Shown here: positions 1 to 8,493 of the stretch, piece after piece
How the letters are laid out: every line of letters begins with the position of its first letter
Position numbering within the stretch: the first letter of the stretch is position 1
IMG/VR virus record: IMGVR_UViG_3300025121_000282
Location: 248,001-312,000 of that record
Reading direction: 5' to 3' (one strand)
DNA length: 64,000 bases
The notes under the pieces: generated by a model
The model's input: the letters and a program-made list of their open reading frames with translations, nothing else
The model's database searches: none
Told to the model about the DNA's origin: nothing
Position numbers and translations under genes: made by a program

Positions 1-3000
1 TAATTCAGTCCCAATTGATAGTGTTATGTCATTGTTGACTACAGACGAAACTTTTCTAATTAGTCTATTAGGGCTTTTGTCTGGTATAAATACCAAGTCT
101 CCCTCAGACACCCCTGTCAGGTTTGATACGAAATCTGTGAGTACAGTATCTGCAACTTGACATTCTCCGTAAACCCTATTTCTTTGGTTCGTTTTAAATA
201 TTCCACTCAGAGAGCCCATTGCCTCGGCATAATTTCTAATTAAATTTGAATCTCTCCTGGGCCTTCTTATGTATGCTTTTGTGTCCTCGTCATTAGAAGC
301 CGAATCGTACCATCTAAAAGGGTGGGCTGCATCATACCCGGGGTACACCAGTCCGGTAACTACCACCAGGGTGTCCCCAGTTGATAAATTGCTGCTTTCT
401 ACCAAGTATCGGCCAATGTTTGGCCCATACAAAATCAGTATTTGAGTACCGGGAGTAAATGTTTCAGTTAGATCTATGCTACGGCAAGTAATTCTTGAAA
501 GGGATGTAATGTCCACCATCACAAATTCGTCCACATCCATACACCCTCTGTCGATAAACCATTGTTTGTCGTTTCCAGAAGGGAAACACCCTTTTACTGT
601 TATGGTCGTCCCGTTGGAGGACAAAACTTCCCACACGCCATTACAAACCCCAACTCCGGGGACACCCTCGTCCACCGTAAGTTTTGATCCAACAGGTATA
701 CTCAGGAAGTTATCAGCCCCCAGGTCGTGCGTCAGAATGGTTGACGTTGAAACCGCCCCACTTCTACGGATAACCAGTCTATAAGTGTGGTTCGCCCCAG
801 CAATGTTAGAAAAGGGCACTCCTGCGTCTATTACAAATCTGGGGCTGGGTACATTGGTCATGGAGGCAATTTTGTACATGCCACCGTTTACTGCTGAGGT
901 TATAACCAAATACTCATCCCCAGTCAGTGCTGATATGCCGCTCGGGGCGTCTAGCAACAGTATAGTTGGGTCGGACACAACACCAGTGCCCTCTTCGTAA
1001 TCAATTTCGTAATCAATTCCAACCCCATCAATTTTCATCCCAACGTATACAGAGTCGGCATCACTGGACAGGCACATTTGCATGCCACCGCTGCCAGAGT
1101 TTGATGCCTCAGGGATCACAACCAAATCTCCTACTATGGTCGTGCTAAACCCGCCCGCTTGAGTGAGTGTCATTCCGTCCCCAGACACAACCCCTGCCAG
1201 ACCAGTCAGTGATTCTTGTGTATCTGTTAACATGGACTGTAAATATTCTAACACCAAACTTAACAAATAAGGTTCTGTGTTTAAACTTGTAACAGGTGTG
1301 GTGCTCGAAACAGGTAGTTTTGGCTGGATTCTAGGTATAGAAAGGCACTCTCTGTCATCAGTTCCCACACTATTCAGAGCAGGTATTTTTCTAGGGTTGG
1401 GGTCTGTCCATACAGTTTTAAATTTGAATTTTACTAATTGGTTTGGTTCCGGGTAGTATGCAGAATCACCCGGGTCGTGAGTTACAACCCCATCTTCGGT
1501 CACGTCAAAGTTGGGGCCCTCTTTCCACTTTGGGTCCAATGTGTAGACCGTATCTCCAGCGTACACGATATGTTCTACTGTGCCCCATGCATCAATGGGA
1601 AGTCTCAATTTTGCTAGCAGTACAATTTCTTCTTCAGTAGGCGCACCACCATTTTGAAGCGTGATGCTGGTGGTAGTAGAATCGGTAACTTTAGAACCCG
1701 GGGCTGCTACAGTGCCATCAAGCCGTACTATACTTATTACATCCCCAGCTATTATTTGTCTAACCCCGTTTGCATAATCATTTATCGGATTGTTTACAGG
1801 TATAATTACCGCGCCGTCATTAACCCCTGAAGTTACAATGCAAACCCCAGGTTTTTTCCATCCTCGCACCCTGGACGGGTGCTCAGTTTCCAAGTCAAAC
1901 ACATCATCATCGTCGGCATATTCTAATGAGGGGTCTGTTATACCCTCTTTTACAGACCAAGTCGGGAAAAATCTGCTGTACTTGTGTCTTTCCCATGCAT
2001 AGGCCCAGGTCCCCAACCAATCTATCCTGTAACCAAATGGGAAATTGGTATACGACTTTATTGCATCCTGGTTGTCTGGAGTGGGCTCCCCAATGGTTCC
2101 ACTACTAACAATTTCTTTTGGCCTGAGGCGCATGCATACCAAGGCATCGATGTCAGCCTCTGGTGTAAAAGTGCCATCAGCATCCCCCACGACTCTCCCA
2201 TCCACATTTGACAGTATCTCTTCAAATGAAATACACACGTCATTTACATATGATAAAAATCTTTTTGCCACATAGTCGGACGAAACAAGTTTGCCTCTTT
2301 TTGCTATAAACCCAACAGACCCATAGTCCCAATTTTCAGGCGTAGATGGTGTAGACGAGACCCCACGGGATGGCACCTGAGAACTGGTATCCGACTTCAG
2401 GTCTGCACTCACTTCTCCCAAAGTTGTGCTAATATGTTCTATTCTAAAATAGGTAGAATCGGGTGCAAAATAGTCAAACACACCAGACAAAGACTGACTT
2501 TTAAACCCGTCAGCGGTGGTGTCTACCATTCTGGTATATGACGCCCTAAATGACGATCCCGCTGGCAGGTAGTCTCTAGCTGTATAGGACGAGACTACCT
2601 TTTGACCTTCTTGTATTGGTGTTTTTAGTACCAAAACACGGGACCCCTCTATTTTATAACTTGTAGAGGTATACTCGTCTGAAGGGTCCTCATTTACAGG
2701 GCAAACCCAAACAGAAATTGATTCCGTAGGTATCATCTCTTTACTAAGTTTAAAATTTACCTCCCCGGTTGGAACCACAGGAAGGTCTGACCTATACACA
2801 TTCCCAGATACAGTGGTGCACGGAGATGGACCAACGAATGACACCACAACGTCGTCCCCGGACTGTTTAGCTCCGGACACCATTGCAGTGAACGACTTAG
2901 TACTCGTTACCCGCACTATGTGTCCTGGTTGCCAATTCTGAACCAAGTCATTTTTGGATGTAAAAGTGACGGACCCCACAGCAAAATCGCATGTGCCTAC

Positions 3001-5844
3001 AAGTGTGTAGTCACTACTTTCAAGAATTTTGGAAGATACCAGTACAATGGGTGCTGTATACTGACGACGAAGGTATTCGTCATCTGCAAGCGTGATAACA
3101 GTGGTATTCAGCCCCGGGTTGAAAACGGCTGTGTTGATGGTGTATGCATCACCATCAAATAACACGATGACACCGGCTAAACTTGAACGGTCGCCTACTA
3201 CACTAAACTCGTTTGTGTTTGACACCAACGAGAGTCTTGTGTCCCTCGGCGTGAAAGAAGTAGAAAATGCCTTCTCCCCTCCTAGGGCTGTTTTGGTCTT
3301 AAATTTTATTATTACGTTATCACTAATACCCACTTTAGCATTAGTGAACATAATTTTACTGTCGTCTATTGTATACTGGTCAGGACTTTTAATGGGCCTG
3401 CCCTTTATATATACCCTGGCAGAGCCGTCTACTACTTCGTGCCCTTCTGGGTTAAATGTTGCATAGGACAGGCTGTTATGTACAACGGCTGTGCTTGTCC
3501 GTTCTATTTCTAGAAATTCCTCAACCAGCACTCCAGGTTCATCCAGGTCTATGGGTTGATAATACTCCGCCAGTACTTTATCTTCAGACAGCAATCCCTG
3601 ATTTAAAGATATAGAGCCATCCGGTGAAAAGTTCACCTCGTTAAGTGGGTATTGGTACCCCACCCACACGTCTTCTTCTGGAAAGTTATCAAGTATGTTT
3701 TGACTAAAAATTATGTGTCCAGACCATGGGTCCACTGAGTATTCTAAATCATCCATGCTCTGGGGCTTAAGATGTATGCTGTACCTTAAATCGGAATCAC
3801 TGTATGCTATGTTTGGTGTTACTATAACTCTAGAGGGTGTGTCTCCTACCGGGGCGGAAACGCCAGTAACAGTATGGGTACTGGTAGTGACACCATGGAC
3901 CAAAATTCTGCTGCCAACTTCTACTAGGGTGTGTATTGGCAACTCGGATTCTGTGTCCTGGAACCAAGACGGTTGGCCCAATACAGTCTCTCCGGTGTAC
4001 CCTAGTATGGGGCTCACTTCCAATAAATCGGATTCTAAATCGATCCGTACCCTAGAATAGGAGGTTCTAATTTGAGGAGCACTGCCAACAGTGCTTTCTG
4101 CTTTATAAAAACGGTGTACAGACAGCAACGGTAAATTTAGAGTACACGGAGACAAAACATTATCTGCTAGTGTCTCTTCTGTTACAATGCTCTTAAGTGT
4201 AACAGACCCAGCACTAGAACTAAGAATGTACCTGTCAGAGTCTAATGACGCCCATGGTTTACCGTCCCTGTATTTATACTCGAATGAGTATTCTCTGCCC
4301 AATAAAACTGAGTGTGGTAGGTTTACGGCATATGTGTCTTCTGGCAAGCTTACTTCAAGGTTGTTCACCCGTCTGTGCAGCACCAATTCAGTTCCAGACT
4401 CAGATATTACATAGGCTCCATCTTTCCCTGATGGGGTAATCCCATCTTCCGCTAACTGGCCGGCAGGGAAAGCTCCAGATAGTGCTACTACATCAAATCT
4501 TAGATTGTTATTGTGTATAGGCGTCACAAATAGAGGTATTGTTGAAGAGCCCCCGATTTTAACATCAAATGGCTCGTCTGATGTGTATGAGCCTGTAGCG
4601 TATACGTCAGGTTCATTCCAGGTGGTTGGGTATGCTATGTTTCTAAAGAATCTACAGTGTATTCCGTCCTCGATATGGACGTCACCCGTCACCCAGTATA
4701 AATCCCAGTCCCCCTTGCTAGACCTATCAGAGGTTGAGGTTGTTATTTGACCTGTAGTTCTGCGTATGGCTATACTGCCCCTTTTGAGGTCTCCAGGGCT
4801 AGGGTCATAATCAACCCACTGAGGTTTAGAAAAAACATATGTGTTATCCCCAGACTTGGCATACACAAAGATTTCTCCACCCTCAGTCACTGGGCTACCA
4901 TATAAAGTTGCAAGTTCTGGGTTGTTTATTGTACCAATACTTCTTACATTCTCAAATGCATCCGGGTCTGAATAATCTGTACTAGGGCTAGTCACGGGCT
5001 GAGCTTGGGAGTTTAGCCCGTTGTTTACTCCTAAGTAATAGACATATCTACCACCGTACTCTGTTATATCTGCATCCGAAATAGTAACTTCACCCGTGTT
5101 TGATACATAAAATTCACCTGATACGGGGGTGTTATCACCTAGGTGCAAAGGAGGGTAATTACCAATTCTAATTATTGATTTTTCACCAGAGATGGGGACT
5201 GGCTGTAGGTATAAAATTTCACCAACTTTACCAATTACACCTGTACTGTCTTTAAAAGAAGCGAAGACATTTCCGAACCACATAACAGGGTGCGGTTCAC
5301 AGTCTACAGAGTTTATTCTTATTACATTATCTTGTTTAAAAAGAGAGACTGTCCCGGAGACTGGGATTTCCACTACACTGGTGGACAAATCGTCTACAAT
5401 ATTGATTGTGACAGCAACATCATTTATGGTTAGTCTAATGGACGCCGGAGTCTCTTCTGCCAAGTTGTAATTAGGCGATGGCTTAATCTGGATGTCTAAA
5501 TGGTCAGAATCACCTACTGTTATGGCTGCATTGGACGTAAGCACAGTGGGGGGTAACCCGGGTAGTGGGTCCCACCTTGACACAGAGCCATTCCACCCAA
5601 ATCTGGCTCTGTTTGGCTCATTCTTGGTCCAACGAAAAGACGCTAATGGTAGTTTTGCATTTTTGTTGGATTGAACTAGGTACTCTGCTCTGTTACCCGG
5701 GTTCTCGTCATTCGGGTCCCAAACGCTCTCATAATCATTTAGTTTTGCTGTAGGAACATACACGTCTGGGGGTAGAGTTGTAATCTTATTTGCAGACGAG
5801 ACTCTTGGTTTTTCTAAAGTGTACCCAGTAAATTTAAATGCCAT
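1..5844 (-). CDS. Giant virion structural protein (probable baseplate wedge/fibre-attachment protein), 3'-truncated by the window edge; missing from the ORF track
   Basis: ATG at 5844, 1 nt after the TGA of the upstream gene, begins MAFKFTGYTLEKPRVSSANK. Every stretch I spot-checked is stop-free down to base 1 (ends ...IRKVSSVVNNDITLSIGTEL), giving up to 1948 codons. Beta-rich composition; lies directly downstream of the hub/spike genes. Confidence 0.8.
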   Translation of the reverse strand, partial: MAFKFTGYTLEKPRVSSANKITTLPPDVYVPTAKLNDYESVWDPNDENPGNRAEYLVQSNKNAKLPLASFRWTKNEPNRARFGWNGSVSRWDPLPGLPPTVLTSNAAITVGDSDHLDIQIKPSPNYNLAEETPASIRLTINDVAVTINIVDDLSTSVVEIPVSGTVSLFKQDNVIRINSVDCEPHPVMWFGNVFASFKDSTGVIGKVGEILYLQPVPISGEKSIIRIGNYPPLHLGDNTPVSGEFYVSNTGEVTISDADITEYGGRYVYYLGVNNGLNSQAQPVTSPSTDYSDPDAFENVRSIGTINNPELATLYGSPVTEGGEIFVYAKSGDNTYVFSKPQWVDYDPSPGDLKRGSIAIRRTTGQITTSTSDRSSKGDWDLYWVTGDVHIEDGIHCRFFRNIAYPTTWNEPDVYATGSYTSDEPFDVKIGGSSTIPLFVTPIHNNNLRFDVVALSGAFPAGQLAEDGITPSGKDGAYVISESGTELVLHRRVNNLEVSLPEDTYAVNLPHSVLLGREYSFEYKYRDGKPWASLDSDRYILSSSAGSVTLKSIVTEETLADNVLSPCTLNLPLLSVHRFYKAESTVGSAPQIRTSYSRVRIDLESDLLEVSPILGYTGETVLGQPSWFQDTESELPIHTLVEVGSRILVHGVTTSTHTVTGVSAPVGDTPSRVIVTPNIAYSDSDLRYSIHLKPQSMDDLEYSVDPWSGHIIFSQNILDNFPEEDVWVGYQYPLNEVNFSPDGSISLNQGLLSEDKVLAEYYQPIDLDEPGVLVEEFLEIERTSTAVVHNSLSYATFNPEGHEVVDGSARVYIKGRPIKSPDQYTIDDSKIMFTNAKVGISDNVIIKFKTKTALGGEKAFSTSFTPRDTRLSLVSNTNEFSVVGDRSSLAGVIVLFDGDAYTINTAVFNPGLNTTVITLADDEYLRRQYTAPIVLVSSKILESSDYTLVGTCDFAVGSVTFTSKNDLVQNWQPGHIVRVTSTKSFTAMVSGAKQSGDDVVVSFVGPSPCTTVSGNVYRSDLPVVPTGEVNFKLSKEMIPTESISVWVCPVNEDPSDEYTSTSYKIEGSRVLVLKTPIQEGQKVVSSYTARDYLPAGSSFRASYTRMVDTTADGFKSQSLSGVFDYFAPDSTYFRIEHISTTLGEVSADLKSDTSSQVPSRGVSSTPSTPENWDYGSVGFIAKRGKLVSSDYVAKRFLSYVNDVCISFEEILSNVDGRVVGDADGTFTPEADIDALVCMRLRPKEIVSSGTIGEPTPDNQDAIKSYTNFPFGYRIDWLGTWAYAWERHKYSRFFPTWSVKEGITDPSLEYADDDDVFDLETEHPSRVRGWKKPGVCIVTSGVNDGAVIIPVNNPINDYANGVRQIIAGDVISIVRLDGTVAAPGSKVTDSTTTSITLQNGGAPTEEEIVLLAKLRLPIDAWGTVEHIVYAGDTVYTLDPKWKEGPNFDVTEDGVVTHDPGDSAYYPEPNQLVKFKFKTVWTDPNPRKIPALNSVGTDDRECLSIPRIQPKLPVSSTTPVTSLNTEPYLLSLVLEYLQSMLTDTQESLTGLAGVVSGDGMTLTQAGGFSTTIVGDLVVIPEASNSGSGGMQMCLSSDADSVYVGMKIDGVGIDYEIDYEEGTGVVSDPTILLLDAPSGISALTGDEYLVITSAVNGGMYKIASMTNVPSPRFVIDAGVPFSNIAGANHTYRLVIRRSGAVSTSTILTHDLGADNFLSIPVGSKLTVDEGVPGVGVCNGVWEVLSSNGTTITVKGCFPSGNDKQWFIDRGCMDVDEFVMVDITSLSRITCRSIDLTETFTPGTQILILYGPNIGRYLVESSNLSTGDTLVVVTGLVYPGYDAAHPFRWYDSASNDEDTKAYIRRPRRDSNLIRNYAEAMGSLSGIFKTNQRNRVYGECQVADTVLTDFVSNLTGVSEGDLVFIPDKSPNRLIRKVSSVVNNDITLSIGTEL

Positions 5845-5845
5845 G

Positions 5846-6424
5846 TCAACTCACTATTCCGATGCTTACAGATGGTACAACAGAAAACGGGTACTGTGGG
5901 GTTCCGACAACAGTCAGAGGGCTTGCTGAAGCCAAAACTGAGGTGCACACACCATCGGCTATTGCCAAGGACATACTCTTCAGCATTTCTCCATCACCCA
6001 CTAAAGAGCTAAAATATCCTAATAGGAAATTATATAGTGTCACTGATGGAACTGCAGTGAAATTCGCGGTCCCAGACCCGCTCCCAACTATGGTAGGAGC
6101 AGTTATCAGCCCACTGCTGCTTACATACTCAGAAATTGTAGACCCAATTGCATAGGCTAAACTTTGTGAAGCAGACCCTACCAAACCGTAAGAACTAAAA
6201 CTAGCCACCATGATTTGACCCAGTGCAGGAGGAATTATAAAATTGCCAGAAGCTGACCCAGTACCCATAGGTCCGGTGCAAGTTGCATTCGCACTCAACA
6301 TCATTAAAAAATCGGAAACGCCACTAGAAATGGCTAGTGCCTCCGCAGATGCTTTCTGTCCAACTATACCCACTGAAGTGAATTTAGAAATAAGGGCGGA
6401 GGATAATACTTTAGCTACAATCAT
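5846..6424 (-). CDS. Gly/Ala/Ser-rich baseplate/spike-associated virion protein
   Basis: Track ORF 5846..6508. Likely start is the ATG at 6424, which overlaps the spike-gene stop (ATGA). Position follows the spike gene. Confidence 0.6.
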   Translation of the reverse strand: MIVAKVLSSALISKFTSVGIVGQKASAEALAISSGVSDFLMMLSANATCTGPMGTGSASGNFIIPPALGQIMVASFSSYGLVGSASQSLAYAIGSTISEYVSSSGLITAPTIVGSGSGTANFTAVPSVTLYNFLLGYFSSLVGDGEMLKSMSLAIADGVCTSVLASASPLTVVGTPQYPFSVVPSVSIGIVS

Positions 6425-8487
6425 GACACTCTTACAAAAGGGGACCCAAAAAGTGGTAACCCCGTTATGTAGTCCAAATGCGGCCCCGGCATTGGTATGC
6501 CACCACACACCGCACCATAAATCGGAGACGGGCCTAATAACACCATAGGGGAAGCTACAATGTGTGTGGCAGAAGTTTGGATGATTGCCCCCGTGCAGGT
6601 CATCGTGATTGCCCCCGAACCAGTAGAAATAGCAACAGCCCCCGAACCAGTAGAAATAGCAACAGCCCCTACGCCTACCGAAACAGTATAAGACCCGGTT
6701 GCTATGTTATCAGTTATGGCGCCAGTCACTACATTTCTAGAAATGGAGCCAGCAACCACACTGGTCACGTCATTGCCAGCCAGTAAAGTTTTCTCTCTGT
6801 TACCAAGTAAAATTCTGATGGCGTCTGCAGTAGGACTTGGACGAAGCGGGTTGGCGTTTGCTATTGTTACCGATCTGCCTCCCCCGAATTGGGCGGAGGT
6901 GGCCCCTACTACGGTAGTGGTTTCGTCACCACCAACCATTCTGGTTTGGTCGTTTTCAGTTATTGTAGACGCTCTGGCGGCATTTATGCTCACGTTGCTG
7001 CCGCTTAGTATTCTACTTCCCTTCACATTCTCAGTTATTTTCCCTGAAATGTTTATTTCGTAGTCACCATTTACATCTTGTCTCCAGGCTAACCCGTTGG
7101 AATCCTTCCCAAAAGAAAAGTGCACCCCACCTTTCCCAACTACTTCTAGGCTTTTCCCACCCTCACCAGTTCCAGCGGATATGTCTATCTTGTTGGAGGT
7201 TTTTAGGGCAAAGCTGTTGTTGTTGCTGTCACCCCCTAGTACCACTAGGGCCCCACCCTCAAGATTTGCTTCTAAGCTTCTGCCAAGGCTCGCTGCAGAC
7301 GGTTTTGGTATGTGATACGAGTGCTTGCCATCCCAATCAACGACGTGGTATACGGAACGCCCATCAGCACGAGTCATGCGGTACAAGTGGCTCACTGCTC
7401 TCGTAGAGGTTTCCGAAGCCTCTCCTTGGGCATCGTTGACACCTACAAATTGCGGATTACCAGAGCCGGGAGCCGGGTCCTCGGTCCACATTATAAATTT
7501 AAGTGGTTTGCCGTACACGGGCAAATCGTTGAGAGCCAGAGATTTACTTACAAGGGTGCCGTCTATTATTTCTATTTCGGGAGGGTTTCTATTTAGTGTT
7601 TTTTCACCAGCCTCCGGGTTAACTGCTAAATTAGAGGTTCTTCGTATTTCAGTTCTGTGCTCTACCAGTATTGGGTACAAACCCCCCAGTGTCTGCCAAT
7701 GGCTGGCAACATAATTCAGTATGGTTCCATCTGGTGCAATGGACACATTGCCAATCATTGGGTTCGTATATGGAGAGTCCTTTATAAAATCCGGTACTGT
7801 GGCGTCAGATGGGCAATACAGATCATTTCTTTGGATAGGCCCAGAAAATATAGAGACGCCGCCATATGACTGAAAATTTTCATTTGCAGAAACTATAAAG
7901 GCGTGGTCTGAAGGCCTAAGCCTTATCTCACACCCAGTGGAATCTTGTAAGCTTACACCATCGTCTAGGTACAGGTCAGACCCATCTTTAGATGAAATTA
8001 CATACTCACCCGGGTACGACCTGGGTTTTACATGGCGAGTTACCTCTAAGTACCCCCTCATTCTTTCGGCTGTCTCAGGGTCTAAAAGGTCCGGGTCTAC
8101 GTCCTGGGTTACTCCCCCGTCATGGCCCTCTTTTGTTTGAGTGGGGTGCACCGATATAATGTATGGCTCGTAAATGTTAGAACCCGTATTTATCTCATAA
8201 AATCCACACAATACTTTGGTCCCAAACTCTAAAGTCATCCCGGATTGTGTCCTAGGACCTCCGGATGCCGGCATTCTTACTCCGGACCTTCCCCCCGTTT
8301 GACCTATCCAGGCCAAGTCCACTGTGTGGTTTTCTGCGTCTACAAAGGTAACTGTAGCAAATTTAGGCTTGCCCCTGTTTTGAGGACTATTTAAATCAAT
8401 GTTAGAAGGTAACTTCTCACCTGAGTTAGTATAAGCACCAGCGTGGCCAGGGGACCTCGATGCACTAGCAGAAGATGGCTTTCTCAT
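6421..8487 (-). CDS. Baseplate central spike (T4 gp5/VgrG-like: N-terminal OB-fold, C-terminal beta-helix repeats)
   Basis: 688 aa. The C-terminus has periodic beta-strand repeats (VTSVVAGSISRNVVTGAITDNIATGSYTVSVGVGAVAISTGSGAVAISTGSG). Follows the hub gene. Confidence 0.75.
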   Translation of the reverse strand: MRKPSSASASRSPGHAGAYTNSGEKLPSNIDLNSPQNRGKPKFATVTFVDAENHTVDLAWIGQTGGRSGVRMPASGGPRTQSGMTLEFGTKVLCGFYEINTGSNIYEPYIISVHPTQTKEGHDGGVTQDVDPDLLDPETAERMRGYLEVTRHVKPRSYPGEYVISSKDGSDLYLDDGVSLQDSTGCEIRLRPSDHAFIVSANENFQSYGGVSIFSGPIQRNDLYCPSDATVPDFIKDSPYTNPMIGNVSIAPDGTILNYVASHWQTLGGLYPILVEHRTEIRRTSNLAVNPEAGEKTLNRNPPEIEIIDGTLVSKSLALNDLPVYGKPLKFIMWTEDPAPGSGNPQFVGVNDAQGEASETSTRAVSHLYRMTRADGRSVYHVVDWDGKHSYHIPKPSAASLGRSLEANLEGGALVVLGGDSNNNSFALKTSNKIDISAGTGEGGKSLEVVGKGGVHFSFGKDSNGLAWRQDVNGDYEINISGKITENVKGSRILSGSNVSINAARASTITENDQTRMVGGDETTTVVGATSAQFGGGRSVTIANANPLRPSPTADAIRILLGNREKTLLAGNDVTSVVAGSISRNVVTGAITDNIATGSYTVSVGVGAVAISTGSGAVAISTGSGAITMTCTGAIIQTSATHIVASPMVLLGPSPIYGAVCGGIPMPGPHLDYITGLPLFGSPFVRVS
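6611..6664. repeat. Perfect 2x27-bp tandem repeat encoding GAVAISTGS x2 in the spike
   Basis: gcccccgaaccagtagaaatagcaaca occurs at 6611-6637 and 6638-6664. Confidence 0.95.
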
Positions 8488-8493
8488 AACAAA

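Noticed and set aside
994-1017. 12-bp direct repeat TTCGTAATCAAT x2
   Set aside because: In-frame IDYE duplication inside the giant ORF; trivial.
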